A stretch of 32,000 nt of DNA from Dickeya solani IPO 2222 (GTDB taxonomy: Bacteria; Pseudomonadota; Gammaproteobacteria; Enterobacterales; Enterobacteriaceae): the NCBI RefSeq assembly GCF_001644705.1, contig NZ_CP015137.1, positions 1,320,001 to 1,352,000 of the forward strand. The letters are read 5' to 3'. The notes beneath the pieces are model-generated. The model had not been told where the DNA came from, did no database searches, and saw only the letters and a list, made by a program, of their open reading frames with translations. A program made the translations under genes and the position numbers. Shown piece by piece: positions 16,959 through 27,117 of the stretch (positions are counted from its first letter, which is position 1; each line of letters starts with the position of its first letter).

Positions 16959-17860
16959 CAGAAACGGCTCCTTTCCAGTCGTTCGTCGCCCATGATGCCT
17001 ACCGGCCTGAACAGCAACACCAGAATCAAAAACATGAAGGCAAAGGCGTCTTTATAGCCGCCCAGCTCCGGAAACAGCGCCACCGCCACCACTTCGGTAA
17101 AACCGAGGATAAAACCGCCGATCACCGCCCCGGTGACACTACCGATGCCGCCCAGTACCGCCGCGGCGAAGGCTTTCAGGCCGATCAATACCCCCATCAG
17201 CGGATCGATAGAGGGGTAGCTGATGGCGTAGAACACGCCGCCCAGCGCCGCCAGCGCGCTGCCGAGCGCGAACACGAAGGCGATGATCTGGTTGGCGTCG
17301 ATGCCCATCAGCCGCACAGTGTTGACGTCAAACGCCACCGCGCGGATCGCCATCCCCTGCCGGGTGCGATACAGAATGCACAGGATCACCGCCAGCAGCG
17401 CCAGCGTCATCAACGGTACGATCCAGGCCACATTGGTGACGACGATCGGCCCGAGATTGATGGTCTGATTAAAGAACGGCGGCGACTCGAAGTAGCGCGG
17501 GCTACCGCCGAACACCACATTGAACAGGTTCTCCAGAAAGAAACTGACGCCGATGGCGGTGATCAGCATCGAGATCTTCGATGCCTGCCTAAGCGGGCGG
17601 TAGGCGATTTGATCGATGCCGATCCCCAGCAGCGCGGCGATGAGAATGGCGAGGATCACGGCGGCCCCGAAAGGCAGCCCGAGGGAGGTGAAACCAAGCA
17701 GGGCCATAAAAGCCCCGACCATCATGATATCGGCATGAGCAAAGTTGATCAGCCGCAGCACGCCGTACACCATGGTGTAGCCGATGGCGATCAGCGCGTA
17801 CATGCTGCCAAGGCTCATGCCATTGACCACTTGCTGCAAGAAAACGGCAAGATCCATCAT
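16958..17860 (-). CDS. HAAT-family ABC transporter permease, LivH-like
   Basis: A 300-aa multi-TM protein with NG...GS.YALIAIGYTMVYGVLRLINFAH, MGID and KAFAAAVLGGIGS..GA.IGG motifs as in LivH. Confidence 0.8.
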   Translation of the reverse strand: MMDLAVFLQQVVNGMSLGSMYALIAIGYTMVYGVLRLINFAHADIMMVGAFMALLGFTSLGLPFGAAVILAILIAALLGIGIDQIAYRPLRQASKISMLITAIGVSFFLENLFNVVFGGSPRYFESPPFFNQTINLGPIVVTNVAWIVPLMTLALLAVILCILYRTRQGMAIRAVAFDVNTVRLMGIDANQIIAFVFALGSALAALGGVFYAISYPSIDPLMGVLIGLKAFAAAVLGGIGSVTGAVIGGFILGFTEVVAVALFPELGGYKDAFAFMFLILVLLFRPVGIMGDERLERSRF

Positions 17861-17987
17861 GTCATCCTTTACTGTTAGGCTGCGCCCCGCCTTGTTATTC
17901 GCGGATGTCGCTGGCGGCGATGGTTCCGCGCGGCAAGGCGCCAGCCGTTAAGTGTGGTAGACCAGACAAACGGCGGGGCAAAGCCGA

Positions 17988-19124
17988 TTACGGATTGATC
18001 ACCGTTTTAAACACCATTTCGCCGCCTTTCACTTCGTTGATCACCGCCGGACGAATGGCGTCGCCGTCTTTCAGGGTCAGGGTGCCGGTGATGCCGGTGA
18101 AGTTGCTGGTGGCGCGGATCGCCTTGTTGACGCAGACGCGATCGTGCGGATCGCTACAGGTGTTCATCGCATTGACGATCATCTTGTAAGCATCCGCCGT
18201 CATCGCTCCCCAGGTGTGGGTCGGTTCCTTATATTTGGCGGTCCAGGCTTTGATGAACTTTTCCCCTTCCGGCGTCTGCTCTTTGGCGTTCGGCGAGTAG
18301 TAATCGGTGGTCATCCACCCTTCCACCGCGTCCTGCCCCATTTTGAAGAACACCGGGTCCGCCGCCAAACCATCGCCGCCGACCACCGGCACCTTCAGCC
18401 CGAGCTGCTTGGCCTGCACGGCGATCAGCGCGCCTTCGGTGTAATAAATCGGCATGTAGATCACGTCCACATTGTGGGATTTGATGGTGGAGAGCTGGGC
18501 TTTGAAATCTTTGCTGCCGCCGGGCGCCTGCACTTCAATCGGAATGGTGCCGCCGTTTTTCAGGAACTGGGTGCGGAACGATTTGGCCAGCCCGACCGAG
18601 TAGTCGTTGCTGCTATCGAACATGATGGCGGCTTTCTTCGCCTTCAGGTCGCGGGTCGCCAGATTGGCGCCGACCACGCCCTGAAAACTGTCGGAGAAGC
18701 AGACGCGGCTGACGTACTCCTTGCCTTTGGTTACACGATCGTTGGTGGCGGTCGGCGAGACGATCGGGGTTTTGGTGTCTTCCGCCATCTTGGTCATCGC
18801 CATGGTATTGGTGGAGGTCACCTCGCCGATCACCGCATCCACTTTATCGCTGGATACCAGGCGCTGCATGGCGGTGGCCGCTTCCACCTTGTCGCTCTTG
18901 TCGTCAATCACCACCAGCTTGATGGTGTCGCCATTCTTCAGTTTGGTTTCGATACCGTTAATCAGCTCCAGTCCTTTCAGAGACGGCTGACCGTAACCGC
19001 TCAATGCACCGCTCAGGGGCAATACCACGCCAATCTTGATGTCATCCGCCCACGCCCCCACCGAAGCCAGTGAAGACGATACGGCTACCGCTGCGACAGT
19101 AAATCTGAAAAATTTGTTCTTCAT
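17988..19124 (-). CDS. HAAT-family periplasmic substrate-binding protein (Leu/Ile/Val-binding-protein fold)
   Basis: From ATG 19124 (GAAGAGG RBS): MKNKFFRFTVAAVAVSSSLASVGAWA|DDIKIGVVLPLSGALSGYG, a signal peptide plus a type-I PBP N-terminus typical of LivJ/K-like proteins. The ORF-track start at 19151 is probably too far upstream. Confidence 0.8.
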   Translation of the reverse strand: MKNKFFRFTVAAVAVSSSLASVGAWADDIKIGVVLPLSGALSGYGQPSLKGLELINGIETKLKNGDTIKLVVIDDKSDKVEAATAMQRLVSSDKVDAVIGEVTSTNTMAMTKMAEDTKTPIVSPTATNDRVTKGKEYVSRVCFSDSFQGVVGANLATRDLKAKKAAIMFDSSNDYSVGLAKSFRTQFLKNGGTIPIEVQAPGGSKDFKAQLSTIKSHNVDVIYMPIYYTEGALIAVQAKQLGLKVPVVGGDGLAADPVFFKMGQDAVEGWMTTDYYSPNAKEQTPEGEKFIKAWTAKYKEPTHTWGAMTADAYKMIVNAMNTCSDPHDRVCVNKAIRATSNFTGITGTLTLKDGDAIRPAVINEVKGGEMVFKTVINP

Positions 19125-19636
19125 GATCGCCTCTTCAAAAATAAAGATCACATTCCAGTCGTGAAATGACGCTGCATACAGGGTGATAAAAAGAAGATCT
19201 GTGTAACAGGGTTATCTGCTATTCATCAGGGAAGAGGCAGCAATAAATATGCCAAAAGCACGAGAACAATTAATGTATTAATAATCAAAACATAAAAGAA
19301 AAAAATATGAGTAATTCCCACATCCCGCAGAACCGCCTTTGACGGCCATGCACCAATTCATCACCGTGATGCATTTTATTAGTGCGAAAACGATATTAGT
19401 TTTCACAGGTAAATCAACCAATAGCAAAATATGCAATATGGGCGATCAGACGTTTCCCCATAAATGTATTATTCTCTGTCTATTATTTTTCAACACGCCG
19501 GCTTCAGCGATTATTTCTGGAATAGTTTCATTTTCATCGTTTTATTCTGAATGAAATACCGTCGGGTTAAATAAATAAACATTCCTAACAACGATGCAAC
19601 ATCGTGATCTGACAGCCACAATATGGAGAATGCAAC

Positions 19637-19665
19637 TGGACAAATACTGTATATATATACATAAT
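19637..19665 (+). promoter_or_regulatory. Candidate sigma70 promoter of polB
   Basis: TGGACA (19637-19642) - 17 nt - CATAAT (19660-19665), about 40 nt upstream of the polB ATG. It overlaps the LexA-box-like sequence. Confidence 0.5.
19645..19664. promoter_or_regulatory. LexA (SOS) box upstream of polB
   Basis: TACTGTATATATATACATAA matches the consensus TACTG(TA)5CAGTA at 18/20; the right half is CAT instead of CAG. polB (dinA) is a known SOS gene in E. coli. Confidence 0.6.
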
Positions 19666-19704
19666 TCACCGTATTGTTTCACTGCTTCCTCTGGCTAGCA
19701 CCTC

Positions 19705-22077
19705 ATGACTCCTTCACCACCGCGTCAGGGATTCGTACTGACCCGCCATTGGCAGGACACGCCCGCCGGCATTCAGGTCGAATGCTGGCTGGCGACCGAT
19801 ACAGGCCCTTGCCGGGTCAGGTTATCGCCGCAGCAGGCGGTGGCGTTTGTGCCGATGCGTCATCAGGCACGGATTACCCAGTTGTTGAGCGGTGAAAGAC
19901 ACTGGCAATTGCGGCCGCTGGCGCTGAAAAACTTCCACCACGAGCCGCAACTCGGGCTCTACTGCCTGCAATACCGTCAATTGTTGCGTCTGGAAAAGAA
20001 ACTGCAGGAAGCGGGGATTCCGGTGTACGAGGCGGATATCCGCCCGCCGGAACGGTTTCTGATGGAACGCTTTATTACCGCTCCGGTCTGGTTCAGCGGC
20101 GAAGAAACCGCTGACGGCCTGATCGATCAGGTCAAGCTTAAGCCGGCGCCCGACTATCGTCCGCCGCTGAAAACCGTGTCGCTGGATATCGAAACCAGCC
20201 GTCACGGCGAGCTTTACTGTATCGGTCTGGAAGGCTGCGGCCAGCGTCAGGTATTTATGCTGGGGCCGGAGAACGGTAACGCCGACGATGCCGGCGACCT
20301 GACGCTGGAATACGTCGCCAGCCGCCCGCAACTGCTGGAAAAACTCAATCACTGGCTACAGACCTACGATCCGGATGTGATCATCGGCTGGAATCTGGTG
20401 CAGTTCGACCTGCGGGTACTGCAACAGCACGCCGAACGCTATCGCATTCCGCTACGGTTCGGGCGCGGCGGTCAGGAAATGGAGTGGCGCGAACACGGCT
20501 ACCGCCAGGGGCACTTTTTCGCCGGCGCGCCGGGTCGGCTGATCGTCGATGGCATCGAAGCGCTGAAGTCCGCCACCTGGAACTTCGCGTCGTTCAGCCT
20601 GGAGTTTGTCGCTCAGTCGCTGCTGGGCGAAGGCAAGGCCAGCGACAATCCCTACCAGCGGCTGGAAGAAATCGAACAACGCTTTCAACAAGACAAGCCG
20701 GCGCTGGCGCGCTACAACCTAAAAGACTGTGAACTGGTGACGCGCATCTTCGAGAAAACCCATCTGATGCCTTTTCTGCTGGAGCGCGCCAACGTGACCG
20801 GGCTGGCGGCGGACCGCAGCGGCGGCTCGGTGGCGGCGTTCACCCACCTTTACCTGCCGCGGATGCACCGGGCCGGATTCGTGGCGCCCAATCTCGGCGA
20901 AGTGCCGCCGGAAGCCAGCCCCGGCGGCTACGTGATGGATTCCCGCCCCGGTCTGTACGATTCGGTGCTGGTGCTGGACTACAAAAGCCTGTATCCCTCC
21001 ATCATCCGCACGTTTTTGATCGACCCGGTCGGCCTGGTAACCGGTTTGCAGCAACCGGATGAGCAACATTCGGTAGAGGGCTTTCGCGGCGCCTGGTTCT
21101 CCCGCCGCCACCATTGTCTGCCCGCCATCGTGGAAAGCATCTGGCATGAGCGCGACCTCGCCAAGCAGGAAAACAACAAGCCGTTGTCGCAGGCGTTGAA
21201 GATCATCATGAATGCGTTTTACGGCGTACTGGGGTCCAGCGGCTGCCGCTTTTTCGATCCGCGCCTCGCGTCCTCCATTACCCTGCGCGGTCACGACATC
21301 ATGCGCCAGACCCGCACCTTGATCGAAGCCAAAGGCTATCAGGTGATTTACGGCGATACCGACTCCACCTTCGTTTGGCTTAAACGCGCCCACAGTGAGG
21401 ACGACGCGAACATCATCGGTCATGAACTGGTGGCCTACATCAACGACTGGTGGCAACAGCATCTGCACCAGCAACACGGGCTGACCAGCGCGCTGGAGAT
21501 GGAGTACGAAACCCATTTTCACCGTTTTCTGATGCCCACCATTCGCGGCGCCGAACTGGGCAGCAAAAAACGCTACGCCGGCATGACCATTAACGCGCAA
21601 GGCGAGCAGATGGTGTTCAAAGGGCTGGAAACGGTACGTTCCGACTGGACGCCGCTGGCGCAGCAATTTCAGCAGCAGCTTTACCAGCGCATTTTTCACC
21701 GTGAATCGTATCAGGAGTGGGTGCGGGAGTACGTGGAAAAGACACTGAACGGCGAGCACGACGACCTGCTGGTGTACCGCAAGCGCCTGCGTCACAAACT
21801 GAGCGACTATCAGCGCAACGTGCCGCCGCAGGTACGCGCCGCCAGAATGGCCGACGACTACAACCGCCAGCATGACCGGCCGTTGCAGTACCAGAGCGGC
21901 GGCTGGATAAGCTACGTCATCACGGTGAATGGCCCGGAGCCGCTGGAAAATCGCCGCTCGCCGCTGGATTACAGTCACTACGTGGAAAAACAGCTACAAC
22001 CGGTAGCCGATGCTATTCTGCCTTTCATTCACGATGATTTTGCTACACTGGTTACCGGACAGATGGGGCTATTTTAG
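19705..22077 (+). CDS. polB: DNA polymerase II (family B)
   Basis: ..[21 protein letters not shown]...[21 protein letters not shown]...[19 protein letters not shown]...[16 protein letters not shown]...[10 protein letters not shown] is colinear with E. coli PolB. Confidence 0.95.
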   Translation: MTPSPPRQGFVLTRHWQDTPAGIQVECWLATDTGPCRVRLSPQQAVAFVPMRHQARITQLLSGERHWQLRPLALKNFHHEPQLGLYCLQYRQLLRLEKKLQEAGIPVYEADIRPPERFLMERFITAPVWFSGEETADGLIDQVKLKPAPDYRPPLKTVSLDIETSRHGELYCIGLEGCGQRQVFMLGPENGNADDAGDLTLEYVASRPQLLEKLNHWLQTYDPDVIIGWNLVQFDLRVLQQHAERYRIPLRFGRGGQEMEWREHGYRQGHFFAGAPGRLIVDGIEALKSATWNFASFSLEFVAQSLLGEGKASDNPYQRLEEIEQRFQQDKPALARYNLKDCELVTRIFEKTHLMPFLLERANVTGLAADRSGGSVAAFTHLYLPRMHRAGFVAPNLGEVPPEASPGGYVMDSRPGLYDSVLVLDYKSLYPSIIRTFLIDPVGLVTGLQQPDEQHSVEGFRGAWFSRRHHCLPAIVESIWHERDLAKQENNKPLSQALKIIMNAFYGVLGSSGCRFFDPRLASSITLRGHDIMRQTRTLIEAKGYQVIYGDTDSTFVWLKRAHSEDDANIIGHELVAYINDWWQQHLHQQHGLTSALEMEYETHFHRFLMPTIRGAELGSKKRYAGMTINAQGEQMVFKGLETVRSDWTPLAQQFQQQLYQRIFHRESYQEWVREYVEKTLNGEHDDLLVYRKRLRHKLSDYQRNVPPQVRAARMADDYNRQHDRPLQYQSGGWISYVITVNGPEPLENRRSPLDYSHYVEKQLQPVADAILPFIHDDFATLVTGQMGLF

Positions 22078-22289
22078 TAATCTGGGGGTGCCTGACAGGT
22101 GACGAACAGGCTACCATCCAGTACCATAGCGCCCTTTCAAAATATCAGGCGTTCCCCCACACCCGCATCACAGGCTGTGCCCGACATCACGACTGTCGCG
22201 CAGGGCGGGTCAGGTATTGCCGGGCGCAGGGGGCGGCGGCCCTTTGCCCAGACATTCTCCGACAACGACGAGTATCGAGCTTAGAATTT

Positions 22290-25193
22290 ATGCCTTTTAC
22301 ACTTGGTCAACGCTGGATCAGCGATACAGAAAGCGATTTAGGATTGGGTACGGTGGTGGCGATAGACGCCCGCATGGTCACTCTGCTGTTTCCGGCCAGT
22401 GGCGAAAACCGCCTCTATTCCAGAAATGACGCCCCCATTACCCGTGTCATGTTCAATCCCGGCGATACCATTGCCAGCCACGAAAACTGGCAGTTACAGG
22501 TGGAGGATGTTCGTGATGAGAATGGCCTGCGCACCTATATCGGCCAACGGCTGGACACCGATGAACCCGCCGAACTGCGGGAAGTGTTCCTCGACAGCAA
22601 GCTAACGTTCAATAAGCCGCAGGATCGGCTGTTCGCCGGTCAAATCGACCGGATGGATCGCTTCGCGCTGCGTTACCGTGCGCATCGCCACCAGCTCGAA
22701 CAGGCGTTGCAGCCGTGGGGCGGGCTACGCGGCATGCGCGCCAGCCTGATTCCGCATCAGTTGCACATCGCCCGCGAAGTGGGCCAACGCCACGCGCCGC
22801 GCGTCTTGCTCGCGGACGAAGTGGGGCTGGGCAAAACCATCGAAGCCGGCATGATTATCCACCAGCAGTTGCTGGCGGGCCGGGCGGAACGCGTGCTGAT
22901 CGTGGTGCCGGAAACGCTGCAACACCAGTGGCTGGTGGAAATGCTGCGCCGTTTCAACCTGCTGTTCTCACTGTTTGACGATGAGCGCTACGCTGAAGCC
23001 CGCCTTGACAGCGACAATCCGTTTGAAACCGAGCAGTTGATCATCTGTTCACTGGATTTTGTACGCCGTAACCCGTCCCGTTTCGAACAACTGCTGGACG
23101 CCGACTGGGACCTGCTGGTGGTGGACGAAGCGCACCATCTGGTATGGAGCGAAGACGCGCCCAGCGCCGGATACAAGGCGGTTGAGCGTCTGGCGCGCGC
23201 CATCCCCGCGGTACTGCTGCTGACCGCAACGCCGGAGCAATTGGGTCAGGAGAGCCACTTTGCCCGCCTACGGCTGCTCGATCCGAACCGTTTCCATGAC
23301 TACCACGAGTTTATCGCCGAGCAGCAGCAATATCGCCCGGTGGCCGACGCGGTCACTCTGCTGCTGAGCGGCAACCGTATCAGCGACAGCGAACGCAACG
23401 CGCTCGGCGAGATGCTGGGCGAACAGGATATCGAGCCGCTGCTGAAATCCATCGCCAGCGACAGCGAAGACAGCGCCGCGGCGCGTCAGGAACTGATCAC
23501 CATGCTGATGGACCGCCACGGCACCAGCCGCGTGCTGTTCCGCAACACCCGTCAGGGGGTGAAAGGCTTCCCGAAACGCGAATTGCATCAGATCAAGCTG
23601 CCGTTGCCAACGCAGTACCAGACGGCGATCCGCGTGTCCGGCATCATGAATACCCGCAAATCCGCTGAAGACTGTGCGCGCGATATGCTCTATCCGGAGC
23701 AGATCTATCAGCAATTCGAAGACGACAACGCCACCTGGTGGAGCTTCGATCCGCGCGTCGAATGGATGCTGGATTTTCTGACCAGCCACCGCGACGAAAA
23801 AGTGCTGGTGATCTGCGCCAAGGCGGCCACCGCGCTGCAACTGGAGCAGGTACTGCGCTCGCGCGAAGCCATCCGCGCCGCGGTGTTCCACGAGGGGTTG
23901 TCGATTCTGGAACGCGACCGCGCCGCCGCTTATTTCGCTTCCGAAGAGGAAGGCGCGCAGGTGCTGATCTGTTCCGAGATCGGTTCCGAAGGCCGTAACT
24001 TCCAGTTCGCCAGCCACCTGATCATGTTTGATCTACCGTTTAACCCGGACCTGCTGGAACAGCGTATCGGCCGCCTGGATCGTATCGGCCAGAGCCGCGA
24101 TATCCAGATTCTGGTGCCCTATCTGGAAAACACCGCCCAGGCGCTGCTGGTACGCTGGTACCACGAAGGGCTGGATGCGTTCGAGCACACCTGCCCGACC
24201 GGCCGCTCAATTTATGACAGCCACTATGAGCAACTGCTCACCCTGCTCGCCAAACCGTCCGAACAGGTGGGGCTGGACGAGTTCATCCACACCTGCCGCC
24301 AGCAGCATGACGCGCTGAAAACCCAACTGGAACAAGGCCGCGACCGCCTGCTGGAGATGCATTCCAACGGCGGCGAACAGGCACAGGCGCTGGCCGAAGC
24401 GATCGCCGAGCAGGATAACGACGTCAATCTGGTGAATTTCGCCCTCAACCTGTTCGACATCATCGGTATTCATCAGGACGACCGCAGCGATAATATGATC
24501 GTACTGACGCCGTCCGATCATATGCTGGTGCCGGATTTCCCCGGCCTGCCGCAGGACGGTTGCACCATCACCTTCGATCGCGATCAGGCGCTGTCCCGCG
24601 AAGACGCGCAGTTCATCAGTTGGGAACACCCGCTGATCCGCAACGGGCTGGATCTGATCCTGTCCGGCGACACCGGCAGTTGCGCCGTGTCGCTGCTGAA
24701 AAACAAGGCGCTGCCGGTCGGCACCCTGCTGGCGGAACTGGTATACGTGGTGGAAGCGCAGGCGCCGAAGAAACTGCAGTTGACCCGCTTCCTGCCGCCG
24801 ACGCCGATTCGCGTCCTGCTCGACCGCAAAGGCGCCAATCTGGCGGCGCAGGTGGAGTTCGAGAGCTTCAACCGTCAGTTGAGCGCGGTCAATCGCCACA
24901 CCTCCAGCAAACTGGTGAACGCGGTGCAGGATGACGTGCATGACATGCTGCAGAAAGCCCAGCCGCTGGTGGAAGCGCAGGCGCAGACGTTGATCGCCGA
25001 CGCGCAGCGCAACGCCGAAACGCAGTTGCGCCGCGAACAGGAGCGGCTGGAAGCGCTCAAGGCGGTCAACCCGAACATCCGTGACGACGAACTGGAAGCG
25101 CTGGAAGAACAGCGCGAGCTGGTGCTGCTCAACCTGCAACAGGCCAACTGGCGTTTGGATGCCATCCGTCTGGTGATGGTGGCGCACCAGTAA
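22290..25193 (+). CDS. rapA: RNA polymerase-associated SWI2/SNF2 ATPase RapA (HepA)
   Basis: [23 protein letters not shown]...[33 protein letters not shown]...[11 protein letters not shown]...[11 protein letters not shown]...[22 protein letters not shown], 967 aa as in E. coli RapA. Confidence 0.95.
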   Translation: MPFTLGQRWISDTESDLGLGTVVAIDARMVTLLFPASGENRLYSRNDAPITRVMFNPGDTIASHENWQLQVEDVRDENGLRTYIGQRLDTDEPAELREVFLDSKLTFNKPQDRLFAGQIDRMDRFALRYRAHRHQLEQALQPWGGLRGMRASLIPHQLHIAREVGQRHAPRVLLADEVGLGKTIEAGMIIHQQLLAGRAERVLIVVPETLQHQWLVEMLRRFNLLFSLFDDERYAEARLDSDNPFETEQLIICSLDFVRRNPSRFEQLLDADWDLLVVDEAHHLVWSEDAPSAGYKAVERLARAIPAVLLLTATPEQLGQESHFARLRLLDPNRFHDYHEFIAEQQQYRPVADAVTLLLSGNRISDSERNALGEMLGEQDIEPLLKSIASDSEDSAAARQELITMLMDRHGTSRVLFRNTRQGVKGFPKRELHQIKLPLPTQYQTAIRVSGIMNTRKSAEDCARDMLYPEQIYQQFEDDNATWWSFDPRVEWMLDFLTSHRDEKVLVICAKAATALQLEQVLRSREAIRAAVFHEGLSILERDRAAAYFASEEEGAQVLICSEIGSEGRNFQFASHLIMFDLPFNPDLLEQRIGRLDRIGQSRDIQILVPYLENTAQALLVRWYHEGLDAFEHTCPTGRSIYDSHYEQLLTLLAKPSEQVGLDEFIHTCRQQHDALKTQLEQGRDRLLEMHSNGGEQAQALAEAIAEQDNDVNLVNFALNLFDIIGIHQDDRSDNMIVLTPSDHMLVPDFPGLPQDGCTITFDRDQALSREDAQFISWEHPLIRNGLDLILSGDTGSCAVSLLKNKALPVGTLLAELVYVVEAQAPKKLQLTRFLPPTPIRVLLDRKGANLAAQVEFESFNRQLSAVNRHTSSKLVNAVQDDVHDMLQKAQPLVEAQAQTLIADAQRNAETQLRREQERLEALKAVNPNIRDDELEALEEQRELVLLNLQQANWRLDAIRLVMVAHQ

Positions 25194-25257
25194 GCCCCGT
25201 CGGTTGTCTATACACTTCGCGGCAAGGCCTGCCCTTGCCGCGATGCCGGAGCCATTA

Positions 25258-25911
25258 ATGGAACCCTACAATCCGCCCCGCGATCCCTGGCTACACATCC
25301 TGTATCAGGATCAGCACATCATGGTGGTGAACAAACCCAGCGGACTGCTCTCCGTTCCCGGCCGCGCCGAGGAACACAAGGACAGCATTATGACCCGCAT
25401 TCAGGCCGACTTTCCCACAGCCGAATCCGTCCATCGTCTGGACATGGCGACCAGCGGCGTGATGGTGGTGGCGCTGACCAAAGCGGCGGAACGGGAACTG
25501 AAACGCCAGTTCCGCGAACGGGAACCGAAAAAATCCTACATCGCCCGCGTCTGGGGCCACCTGGCGTCGGATGACGGATTGGTAGATCTGCCGCTGATTT
25601 GCGACTGGCCGAACCGCCCGAAACAAAAAGTCTGTTTTGAACAGGGCAAACCCGCCCAGACCGGCTATGCCGTGTTATCACGGGATAGCGACGGCACCAC
25701 CCGCGTGAAGCTGATGCCGATCACCGGCCGCTCGCACCAGTTGCGCGTCCACATGCTGGCGCTGGGCCACCCGATTCTCGGCGACGGGTTCTACGCCCAC
25801 CCGCAGGCGAAAGCGATGGCGCCCCGTTTGCTGCTGCACGCGCAGGAACTGGCGATCGCCCATCCGGCGTTTAACACGCCGATGCATTTTCGCTGCGAAG
25901 CGGATTTCTGA
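25258..25911 (+). CDS. rluA: 23S rRNA/tRNA pseudouridine synthase RluA
   Basis: MEPYNPPRDPWLHILYQDQHIMVVNKPSGLLSVPGR.EEHKDS.MTRIQ.D.P.AESVHRLDMATSGV.VVALTKAAERELKRQFREREPKK.Y.ARVWGH is near-identical in pattern to E. coli RluA. I chose ATG 25258 (GGAG at 25248-25251); ATG 25243 is an alternative. Confidence 0.9.
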   Translation: MEPYNPPRDPWLHILYQDQHIMVVNKPSGLLSVPGRAEEHKDSIMTRIQADFPTAESVHRLDMATSGVMVVALTKAAERELKRQFREREPKKSYIARVWGHLASDDGLVDLPLICDWPNRPKQKVCFEQGKPAQTGYAVLSRDSDGTTRVKLMPITGRSHQLRVHMLALGHPILGDGFYAHPQAKAMAPRLLLHAQELAIAHPAFNTPMHFRCEADF

Positions 25912-25974
25912 TACGAACGTTGGGGCAGGAAACAGGAGTTAACAGCAACCAGGCGACTATCAAAGGAAGAGAAA

Positions 25975-26931
25975 TCAGCGGGAAAACTTATTGATTTTGA
26001 GATACTCATAGGCGGCCTGAATATCCTGCGCTTTGCGCTTGGCCATTTCAATCATGCGCGGCGACAGGCCCTTGCCCATCATCTTGTCGGGGTGGTGTTC
26101 ACTCATCAGTTTACGATAAGCCCGTTTCACCGTGGCGGCGTCATCGCTGCTGCGCACTCCCAGCGTGCGGCAGGCGCTCTCCACCGTCGGCCCGTGCGAC
26201 GACACCGGCGGCCGCTGACCGTAAGACTGCCCGCCATACGACTGATTTCGCCGCTGGTAAGATTTGTTGCCCTGACGCGATGACTGATGGGTGTTCTGTC
26301 GTGACTGATAATTATTGTTCTGCCGTGATTGATAATTATTGTTCTGCCGCGACTGGTAACCGCTGCTGTTGTTCTGCTTTGATGACTGGTGGTTGCCGCG
26401 CTCCATATTGCGCATGAACAACTCGAACTGCTCGCGGGTCACGCCCAGTTCATCGGCGAACAGGTACAGCAACCGGCGCTCGCTAGGGTGCAATGCGCCG
26501 TCCACAAACGCCACCTGCAGTTGAATCTCCAGAAACATCCGGATCAAATCAAAGCGGCCGATACAGGCGTCGCGCAGTTTGCGCAGTTTGCTGCGTACCG
26601 GAAACTGGTTGGCTTTGCCTTCCCGGAACGCCTGTTGCGCGGCATTGCGCGCCTCGCCACGCAGCTCCAGCCGGTCCATCATGGTGGTGGCGATACGGAT
26701 ATCGGATTCCGTCACCCGGCCTTTCGACTTCGCCAGGTGCCCCATAGCCTGAAAGGTTGTCAGACAAAACAGCGCCTGGCGGGTGGCTTGCGCGGAAAAA
26801 AAGTCGCGCTGACGGGATGCACGGGCTCTGTCAAGCAAATGACCCAACAACAGTCCGATTATCAACCCGCCGACACCGGCGCTGGACGCAATCCCCAACG
26901 CTAGCCCCAGCAACTTTCCCCAATACCGCAT
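25975..26931 (-). CDS. djlA: DnaJ-like membrane co-chaperone DjlA with an expanded Q/N-rich linker
   Basis: It has an N-terminal TM (MRYWGKLLGLALGIASSAGVGGLIIGLLLG), a TerB-like middle part and a C-terminal J-domain (VKRAYRKLMSEHHPDK). At 318 aa it is longer than E. coli DjlA (271 aa) because of the linker. Confidence 0.9.
   Translation of the reverse strand: MRYWGKLLGLALGIASSAGVGGLIIGLLLGHLLDRARASRQRDFFSAQATRQALFCLTTFQAMGHLAKSKGRVTESDIRIATTMMDRLELRGEARNAAQQAFREGKANQFPVRSKLRKLRDACIGRFDLIRMFLEIQLQVAFVDGALHPSERRLLYLFADELGVTREQFELFMRNMERGNHQSSKQNNSSGYQSRQNNNYQSRQNNNYQSRQNTHQSSRQGNKSYQRRNQSYGGQSYGQRPPVSSHGPTVESACRTLGVRSSDDAATVKRAYRKLMSEHHPDKMMGKGLSPRMIEMAKRKAQDIQAAYEYLKINKFSR
26293..26364. repeat. 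24-bp tandem repeat (about 3 copies) inside djlA, encoding YQSRQNNN units
   Basis: GTTCTGTCGTGACTGATAATTATT (26293-26316) and GTTCTGCCGTGATTGATAATTATT (26317-26340), plus a diverged third copy (26341-26364). The protein reads ..GYQSRQNNNYQSRQNNNYQSRQNTHQ.. Confidence 0.8.
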
Positions 26932-27117
26932 ATACTCCTCAAATCCCCATGCCGTCGGCCAAAAATTGCTTTATCATACCCGTCATTTATCTTTGCTCCT
27001 AACGGCAACGCATAGAAAATGGCGGGGATTTTGCACTGGCGCCACGCCGGTGGCTGATATAGTCTCTGACCGTTTGCCGGCATGACGCCCTTGATGACGG
27101 AACACCAGATACCGCGT

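Noticed and set aside
19339-19554. 71-aa ORF in the AT-rich polB/ABC-operon intergenic region
   Set aside because: It has no recognisable RBS and its product is low-complexity Ile/Phe/Cys-rich sequence, expected by chance in ~25% G+C DNA. It is kept only as a note inside the intergenic-region finding.
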